Shown piece by piece: positions 27,480 through 35,716 of a stretch of DNA of 64,000 nt; position 1 is the first letter of the stretch; each line of letters starts with the position of its first letter. The notes beneath the pieces were generated by a model. That model saw only the letters and a list, made by a program, of their open reading frames with translations, searched no databases and had not been told where the DNA came from. The DNA is taken from NCBI GenBank assembly GCA_964574665.1, contig CAZNOJ010000001.1, forward strand, positions 35,206-99,205. Direction: 5' to 3'. The translations under genes were made by a program, and so were the position numbers. The stretch is from an uncultured Gemmatimonadaceae bacterium (GTDB taxonomy: Bacteria; Gemmatimonadota; Gemmatimonadetes; Gemmatimonadales; GWC2-71-9).

Positions 27480-28369
27480 GGGGCCTCCCGCTCGAAGAGC
27501 TCGGTGAGGGCGCGGCGGCGCGGTGCCATCCGCCGGAGCGGCGCCCCCGACTCCACCAGCGCATCGCGCACCACGTCATACACCGTGTCGTCGGCACCTT
27601 CGATCGAGAGCCCGCCCCCGGCGGGGGTGGCCGTGACGCCGCGCCGCGCGAGCGCGGCCACCAGTTGCTCCCGGTTGGTGTCCACCTCGAGGAAGAGCTG
27701 GGCCGTGTCGCTGGTGAACTGCCCCACCTCGCCGGCGTGCATCAGCTGGCCACCCTGGATGACGATGATCCGGTCGCAGGTGCGCTCCACGTCGGCCATC
27801 AGGTGCGATGACAGCAGCACCGAGATGCCGAAGTCGCGATGCGTCTTGCGGATCAGCGCGAGCATGTCCTCGCGACCGACCGGATCGAGGCCGGCGGTGG
27901 GTTCGTCGAGGAAGACGAACGCCGGATCGTGCACCAGGGCCTGGGCCAGCTTGACGCGCTGCTTCATCCCCGTGCTGTAGCCGCCGATGGCCCGATAGCG
28001 CTCCTCGAACAGCCCGGTGTGCCGCAGCGTGTCGGCGGCGCGAGTCCGTGCGGCGTCGGGCGGGAGCCCGCTCAGTTCGGCCATGTGGGTCAGGAATTCG
28101 GCGGCGCTCACCTGCGAGGGGAGGCAGTCGTGCTCCGGCATGTAGCCGAGCCGGGCGCGAACGCCGATGTTGCCCGCCACGTCCTCGCCGAGCACCAGGG
28201 CGCGCCCCGACGTGGGGCGCAGGAGTCCGAGGAAGATCTTGATCGCGGTGCTCTTGCCGGCACCGTTCTCGCCCAGGATCCCGGTGATCCCGGACTCGAT
28301 GGTGAACGACACGTCGTTGAGTGCGACGGTGCGGCCGTAGTGCTTGACCAGGTGCTCGGCGACCAGCAT
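27476..28369 (-). CDS. ABC transporter ATP-binding protein
   Basis: Track ORF 27476..28498, with the start at ATG 28369 (MLVAEHLVKHYG). Walker A is GENGAGKST, the signature is YSTGMKQR, and Walker B is FVFLDEP. Confidence 0.9.
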   Translation of the reverse strand: MLVAEHLVKHYGRTVALNDVSFTIESGITGILGENGAGKSTAIKIFLGLLRPTSGRALVLGEDVAGNIGVRARLGYMPEHDCLPSQVSAAEFLTHMAELSGLPPDAARTRAADTLRHTGLFEERYRAIGGYSTGMKQRVKLAQALVHDPAFVFLDEPTAGLDPVGREDMLALIRKTHRDFGISVLLSSHLMADVERTCDRIIVIQGGQLMHAGEVGQFTSDTAQLFLEVDTNREQLVAALARRGVTATPAGGGLSIEGADDTVYDVVRDALVESGAPLRRMAPRRRALTELFEREAP

Positions 28370-29154
28370 CAGGATTCGTCCGATGGACAGGCGGGGCGGT
28401 ACCCGGCGAAGCACGCACGGCGCGTCAGCGTGGCCGCCTCGGCAGGGGATGCCTCCACCCCCAGCCCTTCCTGGTGGAGGTGTGCGAGGCGGAAGCACGC
28501 CTCACCGTGCCGGTACTCCTCGCACGCGGTGCGGTAGTTGGCGGCGGCACGGGCGTGATCCTGCGGGATGCCGGACCCGTCTTCCAGCGCCCGGCCGAAG
28601 CGGAAGCAGCCATCCGGCTCCTCGTTCTCGCAGGCGCGGGCGAAGAGGGCGGCGGCTCGCGGTTCGTCGCGCGGCACGCCGTCGCCGGCAGCGAGCAGCC
28701 GGGCGAGGCCCAGGCAACCATTGGTCGTGCTGCTGTCGCAGGCGGTCTCGAGGAACCGTGCGGCGCGTGCCGGGTCGCGCGCGGCGCTGGTGTCGGCGGC
28801 GAGACGATTGCCGAGCCGTCCGCATCCCTCGCGGGCACCACCGGTGCACCCCAGCTCGAACAGCGCGAGGGCGCGAGCCGAATCGACGGCAACCCCGCGG
28901 CCATTCTGGTACAGGTCCCCGAGTCGGGCGCACGCGGCGGGCACGCCGCGGGCACAGGCGGTGTCGAGCAGGGTCGCGGCGCGTCCCGGATCGCGGAGCA
29001 CGCGGTTGCCGGAGAGGAGCCTGGTCGCGAAGGCGTGGCACGCTGCCACGTCACCCTGCTGGCAATCCCCCCGCTCCCGCTTGGCCAGCTCCTGCTCCGG
29101 ATGGCAACCGGCGAGCGCGAGGGCCGCAAGGATGAGGGGGAGGCGGGGCGACAT
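28369..29154 (-). CDS. Sel1-repeat lipoprotein, cysteine-paired (Hcp-like)
   Basis: Track ORF 28369..29178, with the start at ATG 29154 (MSPRLPLILAALALAGC lipobox). There are seven Sel1-like modules, each with a Cys pair: CQQGDVAAC, CARGVPAAC, CTGGAREGC, CDSSTTNGC, CENEEPDGC, CEEYRHGEAC, CFAGYRPAC. Confidence 0.8.
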   Translation of the reverse strand: MSPRLPLILAALALAGCHPEQELAKRERGDCQQGDVAACHAFATRLLSGNRVLRDPGRAATLLDTACARGVPAACARLGDLYQNGRGVAVDSARALALFELGCTGGAREGCGRLGNRLAADTSAARDPARAARFLETACDSSTTNGCLGLARLLAAGDGVPRDEPRAAALFARACENEEPDGCFRFGRALEDGSGIPQDHARAAANYRTACEEYRHGEACFRLAHLHQEGLGVEASPAEAATLTRRACFAGYRPACPSDES

Positions 29155-29205
29155 GGCGGGGCCATACGGCCCCGACACCTTCAGGTTTCAGAATGAACCT
29201 TGGGC

Positions 29206-29841
29206 TCACCAGAAGGTGAGGCGCCTGCCTTCCCGCAGCCCGAGGGCCGCCAGGGTGATGGTGCCGAGGGAGACCACCCCGTAGAGTCCGGTCGCCACCC
29301 AGAACATCACCGGGTCGGCGGCGCGGAGCACCGGACGGCGGAGCCACCCCATCCTGCTGGGGAACGGGGTGCTGCCATCCGCCACGCCATTCACCACCAG
29401 CCAGGCGAATGCCGCTCCGATGGCAGCCAGCAACACCACGGCGAGCAGCAGCGCGCCACGCCCCTGCGTCGCGCTGGCGCCGGGGCGGCGAGGAGGAGGT
29501 GGCGCGGCCTGGGCGCTGGAAGGTGCCGGGGCTGGCGAGGCCGCACCGTCTCCCGGCGCCAGTCCCCAGTACTCGTAGTCGGGCTCGCGAAACTCGCTCC
29601 GGATTCGGGCGATGATCTCGTCGCGCCGGCCCTGCGCCCACGCCGGATAGCTGGCCCACTGGCTCGGCGTGGCAAAGTAGATGACGTGGTGCGCCCGTCC
29701 GGTGAGCATCTCGCCCTGGATCTCGATCCGCTCCCAGCGACCGTCGCGCCGCTCCTCGTAGTACATCTGGTCGCGCCCCGTGTGCCCCACGCGCCAATCG
29801 CGATCGGTGTCGTGCCCCATGCGTCGAGTCCCCGCGGTCAC
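29206..29841 (-). CDS. Hypothetical protein: soluble N-domain, Pro/Ala-rich linker, two C-terminal TM helices
   Basis: MYYEERRDGRWERIEIQGEML..YFATPSQWASYPAWAQGRRDEIIARIRSEF, then APAPSSAQAAPPPPRRP, then LLLAVVLLAAIGAAFAWLVV and FWVATGLYGVVSLGTITLAAL. GTG 29841 forms a GTGA overlap with the ankyrin gene stop. ATG 29820 is an alternative start. Confidence 0.5.
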   Translation of the reverse strand: MTAGTRRMGHDTDRDWRVGHTGRDQMYYEERRDGRWERIEIQGEMLTGRAHHVIYFATPSQWASYPAWAQGRRDEIIARIRSEFREPDYEYWGLAPGDGAASPAPAPSSAQAAPPPPRRPGASATQGRGALLLAVVLLAAIGAAFAWLVVNGVADGSTPFPSRMGWLRRPVLRAADPVMFWVATGLYGVVSLGTITLAALGLREGRRLTFW

Positions 29842-30764
29842 CGTTGCAGGTGGGCGCGCACCCAGGCGAGGTCGGGATTGCCGTCGTCCGGGAGGTGCGC
29901 GATGCGCTCCGCGAACGTCTGGCCGCCGGGGGAATGGCCCAGCGCGGGATCGGCGCCCCGTTCGAGCAGCACCCGGGCGATGCTCCAGCTCTGGGTGTTG
30001 TACGTCGTGTGCAGGGCGGTGAGCCCGTTGCGGCCCACGGTGTTGATGCGGGCACCCCGATCGATCAGCAGGGTCATCAGCTCCGGGGTTGCGGACTGGC
30101 CCGCGGCGCCGAAGAAGAGCGGCTCGCCGAAGTCATTCACGAGGTTGGGATCGGCACCGGCATCGAGCAGCGCCTGCACCGGCGCGATGCCGGCCTGGCG
30201 AGCGACCTGGATCGCGATCGCAAGCGGCCATTCCGACTGCGCGCCGCGGTCGGGATCGGCGCCGGCCTGCAGGAGCAGGCGGAGCACGCCGTGTTCGCCA
30301 GGCGTGTGGCGCAGTTGGCGTACCGCGAGCATCAGCGGCGTCACGCCGTCGAGGCCGGTGGCGTTGACGTCTGCCGTGGGCAGGAGTCGCTGCACCGCGG
30401 CCGTGTCGTTGCGGGAGATCGCCTCGGCGAGCTCGCGCTCCGGGCCGGCGCGAAAGAAGGTCATCTCGCCGGCGGCATTGGTGGCGCTGCCGATCCGCTG
30501 GCGCGCCAGTGCCGCCCCGCCGGCCAGGAGCAGGAGCGGTGCGGCCGCCACGGCCAGCGCCACGAGTCGCGGCCCGGTGGTGGTGCTGCGCACGAAGAGG
30601 AGAATGGCCGCGCCGAGGATCGCGGCCGGCAGCACGAAGAGCAGCAGCGTGACGGCGACCGGCGAGGTGCGCGAGGGCCCCGCGGCGGCGAGTCCCAGCA
30701 GCAGCCAGAGGGCGATGCCGATGGCGTCGAGCGCCACCAGCAGCCAGAAGACGAGCTTGATCAC
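29838..30764 (-). CDS. Membrane-anchored ankyrin-repeat protein
   Basis: There are four N-terminal hydrophobic helices, followed by ankyrin units (GVTPLMLAV...LLLQAGADPD, ..VQALLDAGADPNLVNDFGEPLFFGAA, ..LIDRGARINTVGRNGLTALHTT, ..LLERGADPAL). Confidence 0.8.
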   Translation of the reverse strand: MIKLVFWLLVALDAIGIALWLLLGLAAAGPSRTSPVAVTLLLFVLPAAILGAAILLFVRSTTTGPRLVALAVAAAPLLLLAGGAALARQRIGSATNAAGEMTFFRAGPERELAEAISRNDTAAVQRLLPTADVNATGLDGVTPLMLAVRQLRHTPGEHGVLRLLLQAGADPDRGAQSEWPLAIAIQVARQAGIAPVQALLDAGADPNLVNDFGEPLFFGAAGQSATPELMTLLIDRGARINTVGRNGLTALHTTYNTQSWSIARVLLERGADPALGHSPGGQTFAERIAHLPDDGNPDLAWVRAHLQR

Positions 30765-30806
30765 GGCGATAACATCGCGCGCGATCGCGCGGCGCGGAAG
30801 GGGCGG

Positions 30807-32174
30807 CTAGGGGCGTCCGCGACGCGAACGACCGCCACCCCGGCGGGGGCCCCGCTTGGGTGTCGCGGCGGCCGTGCCGTGACGCTGCGGCCCGGCGGCG
30901 TCCGACCGCCTGGTCGCAGGCGCGGCGCCGTGCGACGCCGCGCGGGCGGCCTTGGCGGCGGCGCGGGCGCGGTCCTCGGCCTTGCGGGCCCGGATCGCCG
31001 CGATGCGCTCCTTGATCGGCACCTCGAGCGGTGCCTCGGCGGCGGCCGAGTAGTCGAAGTCTTCGAGGATCACTCGCGGGATCTTCTTGCCCACGGCGCG
31101 CTCGATCCGGGCGAGGTCACCCTCGTCCTCCGGCGCCACCAGCGTGAAGGCATCGCCCACCTGGTCGGCCCGCCCGGTGCGCCCGACGCGATGGATGTAG
31201 TCCTCCGGCACCTCGGGGACGTCGAAGTTGACGACGTGGCCGAGGGCATCGAGGTCGATGCCCCGCGCCGCGATGTCGGTGGCCACCAGCACGCGATACT
31301 CGCCGCGCTTGAAGCCGTCGAGGGCCTTGACCCGCTGCGGCTGCGAGCGATTGCCGTGGATCCGCTCGGCGGCGATGCCGGCCTTGTTGAGGAGCTTGGC
31401 CAGGCGGTCGGCGCGGTGCTTGGTGCGGGTGAACACCAGCGCGTCATCCATGTGGTTGCGCACGAGGAGCTCCACCAGGAGGGCACTCTTGCGCGCCGTC
31501 GGAACCGGGTAGATCGCCTGGGTCACGCCGCTCGCGGGAGCGGCCTTGCGCTGCAGGGCCACCTTCACCGGTTGGTGGAGGATCTCGCGGGTCAGCGCCT
31601 CGATCGGCGCCGGCATCGTGGCGGAGAAGAACAGGGTCTGCTTCGGCCGGGGCACGTGGCGGAGGATGCGCTTGATGTCGGGGAGGAAGCCCATGTCGAG
31701 CATCCGGTCGGCCTCGTCGAGCACCAGGTACTCGAGGCCGGCGAGGCGGGCATAGCCCCCGGACTGTCCGAAATGGTCGAGCAGCCGTCCCGGCGTGGCA
31801 ATGATGACATCCACGCCGCGCTCGAAGGCCTGCTGCTGGGGACGCATCCCCACGCCGCCGTACACGGGGGCGCCGGTCACGCGGGTGAAGCGAGCCAGTC
31901 CCTTGAGGTCGTCGTGGATCTGGAGCACCAGCTCCCGGGTGGGGGCCAGCACCAGGGCGCGGGTGGTGCCGCGCGGGCGGTCCACCAGGTGGTGCAGGAT
32001 CGGCAGCAGGAAGGCCGCGGTCTTGCCGCTGCCGGTGGCGGCGCACGCGAGCAGGTCGCGACCGGCCAGCGCCTGGGGAATGGACTCGGACTGGATGGGG
32101 GTCGGCTGGGTGTAGCCGAGCTGCGCAACCCCCTTCACGAGGGTGGGATGCAGGGCGAGCGACGCGAAGGCCAA
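30807..32174 (-). CDS. DEAD-box ATP-dependent RNA helicase (RhlE-like) with an Arg-rich C-terminal tail
   Basis: Q-motif GYTQPTPIQ, motif I AATGSGKT, motif II DEAD (VLDEADRMLD), SAT, and HRVGRTGRA. Homology begins at FASLALHPTLVKG with no ATG or GTG nearby. I placed the start at TTG 32174. Confidence 0.85.
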   Translation of the reverse strand: MAFASLALHPTLVKGVAQLGYTQPTPIQSESIPQALAGRDLLACAATGSGKTAAFLLPILHHLVDRPRGTTRALVLAPTRELVLQIHDDLKGLARFTRVTGAPVYGGVGMRPQQQAFERGVDVIIATPGRLLDHFGQSGGYARLAGLEYLVLDEADRMLDMGFLPDIKRILRHVPRPKQTLFFSATMPAPIEALTREILHQPVKVALQRKAAPASGVTQAIYPVPTARKSALLVELLVRNHMDDALVFTRTKHRADRLAKLLNKAGIAAERIHGNRSQPQRVKALDGFKRGEYRVLVATDIAARGIDLDALGHVVNFDVPEVPEDYIHRVGRTGRADQVGDAFTLVAPEDEGDLARIERAVGKKIPRVILEDFDYSAAAEAPLEVPIKERIAAIRARKAEDRARAAAKAARAASHGAAPATRRSDAAGPQRHGTAAATPKRGPRRGGGRSRRGRP

Positions 32175-32302
32175 GCAGGGATCCTGTGCAGGGCACCACG
32201 CAGACTGCCCGGGCGATCCGGCGCGAGAAGGAGGTGCAGTGATGTCGGGCGAGGATGGCCCCAGGAACCAGGGGCTCGAGGTGGGTGTCTCGCGACCGGA
32301 GC

Positions 32303-32309
32303 TAATATA
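32303..32309. promoter_or_regulatory. AT-rich TAATATA element in the divergent helicase/cupin spacer (candidate -10 on either strand)
   Basis: This is the only AT-rich heptamer in the 184-bp spacer. It lies 50 nt upstream of the cupin ATG 32359 and 130 nt upstream of the helicase start. Confidence 0.25.
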
Positions 32310-32358
32310 GCGGAACGGCCGGCGGCATGTCGGCCTCCAGGCCTGGGGGAGTGAGGGC

Positions 32359-32853
32359 ATGACCGGCGCGGAACTGCACAATCCTGTCACGGGACATCGG
32401 TACCGGTGCCTGCACCTGGAGCCGGGGTTGCTGTCCATGGAGGTACACTATCCTGCGGCGGCCACCGCGCCACTGGAGCACTACCACCCGCAACAGGAAG
32501 AGCGATTCCAGGTCCTCGAGGGATCCCTCCGCGTGCGGATCGACGGGAGGGAACGGGAACTGGTGGCGGGTGATCTCCTCACGATTCCGGCGGGGCAGCT
32601 CCATGCGATGTGGACCACCGAGTCGGCGGCGCGGGTGCACTGGGAGACACGGCCGGCCCTCGGCACGTGGGACTTCTTCGCGGCCACCACGCGCCTGGCC
32701 GAATCGGGTCGGCTGGGTGCCGACGGGAAACCGGGGATGCTCGACGGTGCCCTGCTGCTTCACCGCTTTCGCCGGGAAATGCGCGTTCCCCGGATGCCGG
32801 GCGCGGTGATCCTCGTCCTCTCCCTCCTCGCCCGGATGACGGGCCGCCGGTAG
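32359..32853 (+). CDS. Cupin-domain protein
   Basis: HYHPQQEERFQVLEGSLRVRIDGRERELVAGDLLTIPAGQLHAMW is a typical cupin two-motif core. Confidence 0.7.
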   Translation: MTGAELHNPVTGHRYRCLHLEPGLLSMEVHYPAAATAPLEHYHPQQEERFQVLEGSLRVRIDGRERELVAGDLLTIPAGQLHAMWTTESAARVHWETRPALGTWDFFAATTRLAESGRLGADGKPGMLDGALLLHRFRREMRVPRMPGAVILVLSLLARMTGRR

Positions 32854-32870
32854 CGGAACCCGACCCGACC

Positions 32871-33485
32871 TCACCCCACCGCGGTCACCGCGAACCGTCC
32901 GACCTGGAGCCGCTGGATGGTGGTGATCCCGCTCGGCACCAGGCGGCCCCCCGGGAGCAGCGCCGGTTCGAGCTGTGCCCACACCTGCTCGAACCGGAAG
33001 CCGTCGCGCTGGGCAATGCGGGTCGCGAGCCAGCGCGACGCCAGGTTGCAGGCGCCGATCACGCCGCCTTCCGCCACCACGGTGGCGAGCAGTTCCTCGG
33101 CGGTGTTGCGGACGGCAGGAGTGTTCGTTCGCGGGTCGTTCCACCCCACCAGCTCGCCGATGCGGTGCCCGGCCCAGGCCGCGGTCGCGAACGCCAGCGG
33201 CGCGGCTTCGTCGCGCAGGATCACCACCAGCGAGGACCGCTCGCGCGGGAACTGATACACGCCGCGGTTCATCTGGAGGAAGGTCTGGCCGTAGCCGAGG
33301 GCGCGCTCGCCGCCGGGGAGCGAGATCGCGTCAATGGCCAGGCGGTGCTCGCCCTTGAACTCCTTGATCCAGGCGTCGAGCGGGTGGTCGAGCGGGTCGC
33401 TGGCGAAGTCGCGTGCCGGCACGAAGTGCACGCCGGCACCGAGCGCACCGGCGGCGAGAAACTCACGGCGGGAAGGGGTGTCCAT
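32871..33485 (-). CDS. Tat-signal protein of unknown function
   Basis: Twin-arginine signal SRREFLAAGALGAG. I did not recognise the remainder; a DsrE-like fold is only a guess. Confidence 0.5.
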   Translation of the reverse strand: MDTPSRREFLAAGALGAGVHFVPARDFASDPLDHPLDAWIKEFKGEHRLAIDAISLPGGERALGYGQTFLQMNRGVYQFPRERSSLVVILRDEAAPLAFATAAWAGHRIGELVGWNDPRTNTPAVRNTAEELLATVVAEGGVIGACNLASRWLATRIAQRDGFRFEQVWAQLEPALLPGGRLVPSGITTIQRLQVGRFAVTAVG

Positions 33486-33644
33486 CGAAGCTCACGGGTG
33501 AGGGGCGGTTCAAGGTACCGTCGGGATGACCGCGGCGCGGCCATTCCTGGGATGAGGCGCGTCAGATCGGGGTGAGGTGGGGGACCACTCCACGAGCTGA
33601 GTCGCGCAGCATACCTTCCACCTTCCACTTCAAGAGCGGCGGCC

Positions 33645-34073
33645 GTGCGCCTCTGGTCCCTCCATCCCCGCTACCTCGACCCCCAGGGGCTTGTTGCGCT
33701 CTGGCGCGAGGGGCTGCTGGCCCAGGCGGTGCTCCGCGGTGCCACGCGGGGCTACCGCCATCACCCGCAGCTGGAGCGGTTCCGGGCGAGCGGCGCCCCG
33801 GTGTCGGCCGTGGCCCGCTACCTCCGGGTGGTGCAGGAGGAGGCCACCCGGCGAGGCTACGCCTTCGACCGGAGCCGCCTCGCCGCCGTGCGCACGCCGG
33901 TGCGGTTGCGGGTGACGGAGGGCCAGCTCGAGTACGAGTGGCGCCACCTGCTGGCCAAGCTCCGCCGTCGCAACCCCGCGCTCTACCGCACGTGGCGGAC
34001 GCTCGAGGTGCCGGAGCCGCATCCGCTCTTCACGGTCGTGCCCGGGGCGGTGGAAGCGTGGGAGCGGCCATGA
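33645..34073 (+). CDS. Pyrimidine-dimer DNA glycosylase (DenV / endonuclease V-like family)
   Basis: GTG start. MRLWSLHPRYLDPQGLVALWREGLLAQAVLRG.TRGYRHHPQLERF is the N-terminal signature of this family. Confidence 0.8.
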   Translation: MRLWSLHPRYLDPQGLVALWREGLLAQAVLRGATRGYRHHPQLERFRASGAPVSAVARYLRVVQEEATRRGYAFDRSRLAAVRTPVRLRVTEGQLEYEWRHLLAKLRRRNPALYRTWRTLEVPEPHPLFTVVPGAVEAWERP

Positions 34074-34157
34074 ATCCCGGCCCGCGGTAGATTCCCGCGT
34101 CCGTGTTCCCCCGCTGATGCTGCGCGACCCGTCCGGTCGCGGCGAAGAGGACGGCGA

Positions 34158-35201
34158 ATGACCGCACCGTTCGAACTGGGCCTCGACACCTTCGGCGACG
34201 TGACCCTCGACGCCCAGGGATATCCCCTGTCGCACGCGCAGGTGATCCGCAACGTGGTGGAGGAGGCGGTGCTCGCCGATGCCCTCGGCCTCGCCTTCTT
34301 CGGTGTCGGCGAGCACCACCGCGACGACTTCGCCATCTCGGCGCCGGAAGTCGTGCTTGGCACCATCGCCGGCCGGACCACCCAGATCCACCTCGGCAGC
34401 GCCGTGACGGTGCTCTCGTCCGACGATCCCGTCCGTGTGTTCCAGCGGTTCGCCACGCTCGATGCCGCCTCGGGGGGGCGGGCCGAGATCATCGTGGGAC
34501 GGGGATCGTTCACCGAGTCGTTCCCGCTGTTCGGCTTCCCGCTCGATGACTACGAGCTCCTCTTCGAGGAGCGCCTCGACCTGTTCGTGCGCCTGCTCGA
34601 ACAGGGCCCGGTGACCTGGCGCGGGAAGACCAGGGCCGCGCTCGATGGCCAGGTGGTGCGACCCCACGTGGAACGCGGGCGACTCACCACGTGGGTGGGG
34701 GTGGGCGGGTCGCCGCAATCGGTGGTGCGCGCGGCGCGGCACGGGCTGGGCCTGATGCTCGCCGTGATCGGCGGCGACCCGCGACGCTTCGCCTCGTACG
34801 TGGCGCTCTACCACCGCTCGCTGGAGGAGTTCGGCAAGCCGCCGGGCCGGGTCGGGATGCACTCGCCCGGCTACGTGGCCGAGACCGACGAGCAGGCACG
34901 TGAGGAGTACTGGCCACACTTCCGGGAGATGATGACGCGGATCGGGGCCGAGCGCGGATGGCCGCCGATGAGCCGGGCGCAGTTCGACCAGGAAGTGAAG
35001 CACGGATCGCTGTACGTGGGTTCGCCGGAGACGGTCGCGCGCCGGATCAGCGAAACGGTGCGCGCCCTCGACGTGGCGCGATTCGACCTCAAGTACAGCG
35101 CCGGCACGCTGCCGCATCCGCAGCTCATGCGCTGCATCGAGCTGTACGGCCGCGAGGTGGCGCCGCGCGTGCAGGAACGGCTCGCCAGCACGGCCCCGTG
35201 A
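34158..35201 (+). CDS. LLM-class flavin-dependent oxidoreductase (luciferase-like)
   Basis: FELGLDTFGDV...FFGVGEHH...SSDDPVRVFQRFATLD..GRAEIIVGRGSF is typical of the LLM family. Confidence 0.85.
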   Translation: MTAPFELGLDTFGDVTLDAQGYPLSHAQVIRNVVEEAVLADALGLAFFGVGEHHRDDFAISAPEVVLGTIAGRTTQIHLGSAVTVLSSDDPVRVFQRFATLDAASGGRAEIIVGRGSFTESFPLFGFPLDDYELLFEERLDLFVRLLEQGPVTWRGKTRAALDGQVVRPHVERGRLTTWVGVGGSPQSVVRAARHGLGLMLAVIGGDPRRFASYVALYHRSLEEFGKPPGRVGMHSPGYVAETDEQAREEYWPHFREMMTRIGAERGWPPMSRAQFDQEVKHGSLYVGSPETVARRISETVRALDVARFDLKYSAGTLPHPQLMRCIELYGREVAPRVQERLASTAP

Positions 35202-35707
35202 CGCCGCCGCTGCGATTCCGCGACGCCACCCCGGCCGACGCCCCGGCGCTCGCGGCGCTGCACAACAGCACCGCGGGAGGCCTCACCGCCCTCCATGGCG
35301 AGGGCCCGTGGTCTGCGCTCATCACCGAACGCCGTGCCGCACCGGAGCAGGTGGCCGGCCGGGCGCGGGTGCGCGTCGGGTGTGCGGCACGCCGAGTGGT
35401 GACGGTGCTCCGGCTGGCCACCCGGAAGCCGTGGGCCATTGACGCGACGTACTTCACTCCGGTGAGCCGTCCCCTCTACCTCACGGGAATGGCGGTCGCG
35501 GTGGCGTGGCAGCGGCAGGGGTTGGGGCGGCAGGCGCTGGATGACGCCGCCGCGATCGCGCGTGCGTGGCCCGCCGACGCGATCCGGCTGGATGCCTGGG
35601 ATGCGGCCGCCGGGGCCGGTCCGTTCTATGCGGCGTGCGGCTACGGCGAGCGCGGTCGGGTGCGATACCGCGGGAATCCGCTGGTGTACCTCGAACTCGT
35701 GCTCTGA
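35198..35707 (+). CDS. GNAT-family N-acetyltransferase
   Basis: GTG 35198 forms a GTGA overlap with the upstream stop. MAVAVAWQRQGLGRQALDDAAAIA (acetyl-CoA motif A) and FYAACGY are present. Confidence 0.75.
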   Translation: MTPPLRFRDATPADAPALAALHNSTAGGLTALHGEGPWSALITERRAAPEQVAGRARVRVGCAARRVVTVLRLATRKPWAIDATYFTPVSRPLYLTGMAVAVAWQRQGLGRQALDDAAAIARAWPADAIRLDAWDAAAGAGPFYAACGYGERGRVRYRGNPLVYLELVL

Positions 35708-35716
35708 AGGCCGCAC

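Noticed and set aside
25666-27597. A 643-aa ORF that could be read as one giant ABC protein.
   Set aside because: Only the C-terminal 306 aa (from GTG 26586) look like an ABC ATPase. The N-terminal part is an out-of-frame read over the permease gene 26583-27479, which has its own convincing TM pattern.
29844-32354. An 836-aa ORF antisense to the ankyrin and helicase genes.
   Set aside because: Same reasoning. It spans two well-supported opposite-strand genes and their spacer, and it has a biased Arg/Gly composition with no domain signatures.
33614-33627. A tandem CCTTCCA CCTTCCA repeat 18 nt upstream of the pyrimidine-dimer glycosylase start.
   Set aside because: There are only two copies of a 7-mer with no symmetry or phasing. 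It is probably chance or part of the ribosome-binding region context.
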